DNA of 64,000 nucleotides from a virus: IMG/VR virus record IMGVR_UViG_3300029698_000133, positions 8,559 to 72,558 of that record; one strand, 5' to 3'. Shown piece by piece: positions 63,817 to 64,000 of this stretch (position 1 is its first letter; each line of letters starts with the position of its first letter). The notes under the pieces were generated by a model. It saw only the letters and a program-made list of their open reading frames with translations, ran no database searches and was not told where the DNA came from. The position numbers and the translations under genes were made by a program.

Positions 63817-64000
63817 GCTTCCAGCCGTGCTTTGACGGCAGAAATCAGCTTTTCTTGTGTCATGTCCTTCTGTTCCAGAGCCGCCATCACGTCCTCATCC
63901 ACCGTGTCCTTGGTGATGATGTGATGGATGGTGACCACCTGTGTCTGACCCTGCCGCCAGAGACGGGCATTGGTCTGCTGATACAGTTCAAGGCTCCATG
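63813..64000 (-). CDS. SNF2/DEAD-like helicase, C-terminal fragment (gene continues right of the window)
   Basis: Helicase motif VI QTNARLWRQGQTQVVTIHHIITKDTVDEDV in an open frame to the window edge. Confidence 0.6.
   Translation of the reverse strand, partial: WSLELYQQTNARLWRQGQTQVVTIHHIITKDTVDEDVMAALEQKDMTQEKLISAVKARLEA

Overview
The window is dominated, from about 14.5 kb to the right edge and beyond, by a siphovirus-type prophage (HK97-like head genes) of a GC-rich Gram-positive host. The 55-60% GC and GGAGG Shine-Dalgarno sites fit a Clostridia-class gut anaerobe; this is inference only. The prophage lies inverted, with almost all phage genes on the minus strand. Read right to left it contains: an SNF2-helicase fragment, several hypotheticals, a MazF/PemK-like gene overlapping a primase-helicase, and an iteron-like region. 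Next comes a SAM synthetase (MetK), an HNH endonuclease, a zinc-ribbon protein and three DNA methyltransferases (ParB-MTase fusion, N6A/N4C MTase, 782-aa C5-MTase), then an NlpC/P60 peptidase. An early region of about 12 small genes follows, in which eight copies of a conserved promoter/operator/leader cassette precede individual genes; it includes an amidoligase and a protein with an acidic tandem-repeat C-terminus. After that come terS/terL, a small holin-like gene, portal, ClpP prohead protease, HK97 capsid, connector and tail-completion genes, major tail protein, an SPFH/band-7 protein, the G/GT tail chaperone with a -1 frameshift site, a 5.8 kb tape-measure gene, Dit/Tal, a 269-aa protein, two paralogous tail fibres with SGNH-esterase domains, holin, a cell-wall-binding endolysin paralog and a bifunctional endolysin. 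The module ends with three tandem serine-recombinase genes (10.6-14.3 kb). Two AT-rich moron cassettes with their own promoters and terminators sit on the opposite (+) strand inside the structural module. One is an Abi_2 (AbiD/AbiF-like) abortive-infection gene with a possible small RNA, between portal and terminase. The other is a four-gene cassette between tape measure and tail chaperone in which proteins resembling the paired DUF3791 and DUF3990 families (ADP-ribosyltransferase-like HGS/GFY motifs) alternate; I consider it a candidate undescribed toxin/defence module. The left 14 kb contains an AT-rich ABC-transporter fragment, an IS21-family element (istAB) next to a tyrosine-integrase remnant beside tRNA-Pro(GGG), gene fragments (ParB-like, NeuD-like), and a separate recombination module. 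That module has a 653-aa serine recombinase whose novel C-terminal domain is duplicated in two adjacent stand-alone ORFs, an AAA_25-type ATPase and a divergent XRE regulator with perfect inverted-repeat operators. No CRISPR array or rRNA was seen. Database hits could not be run; family assignments rest on recognisable motifs.
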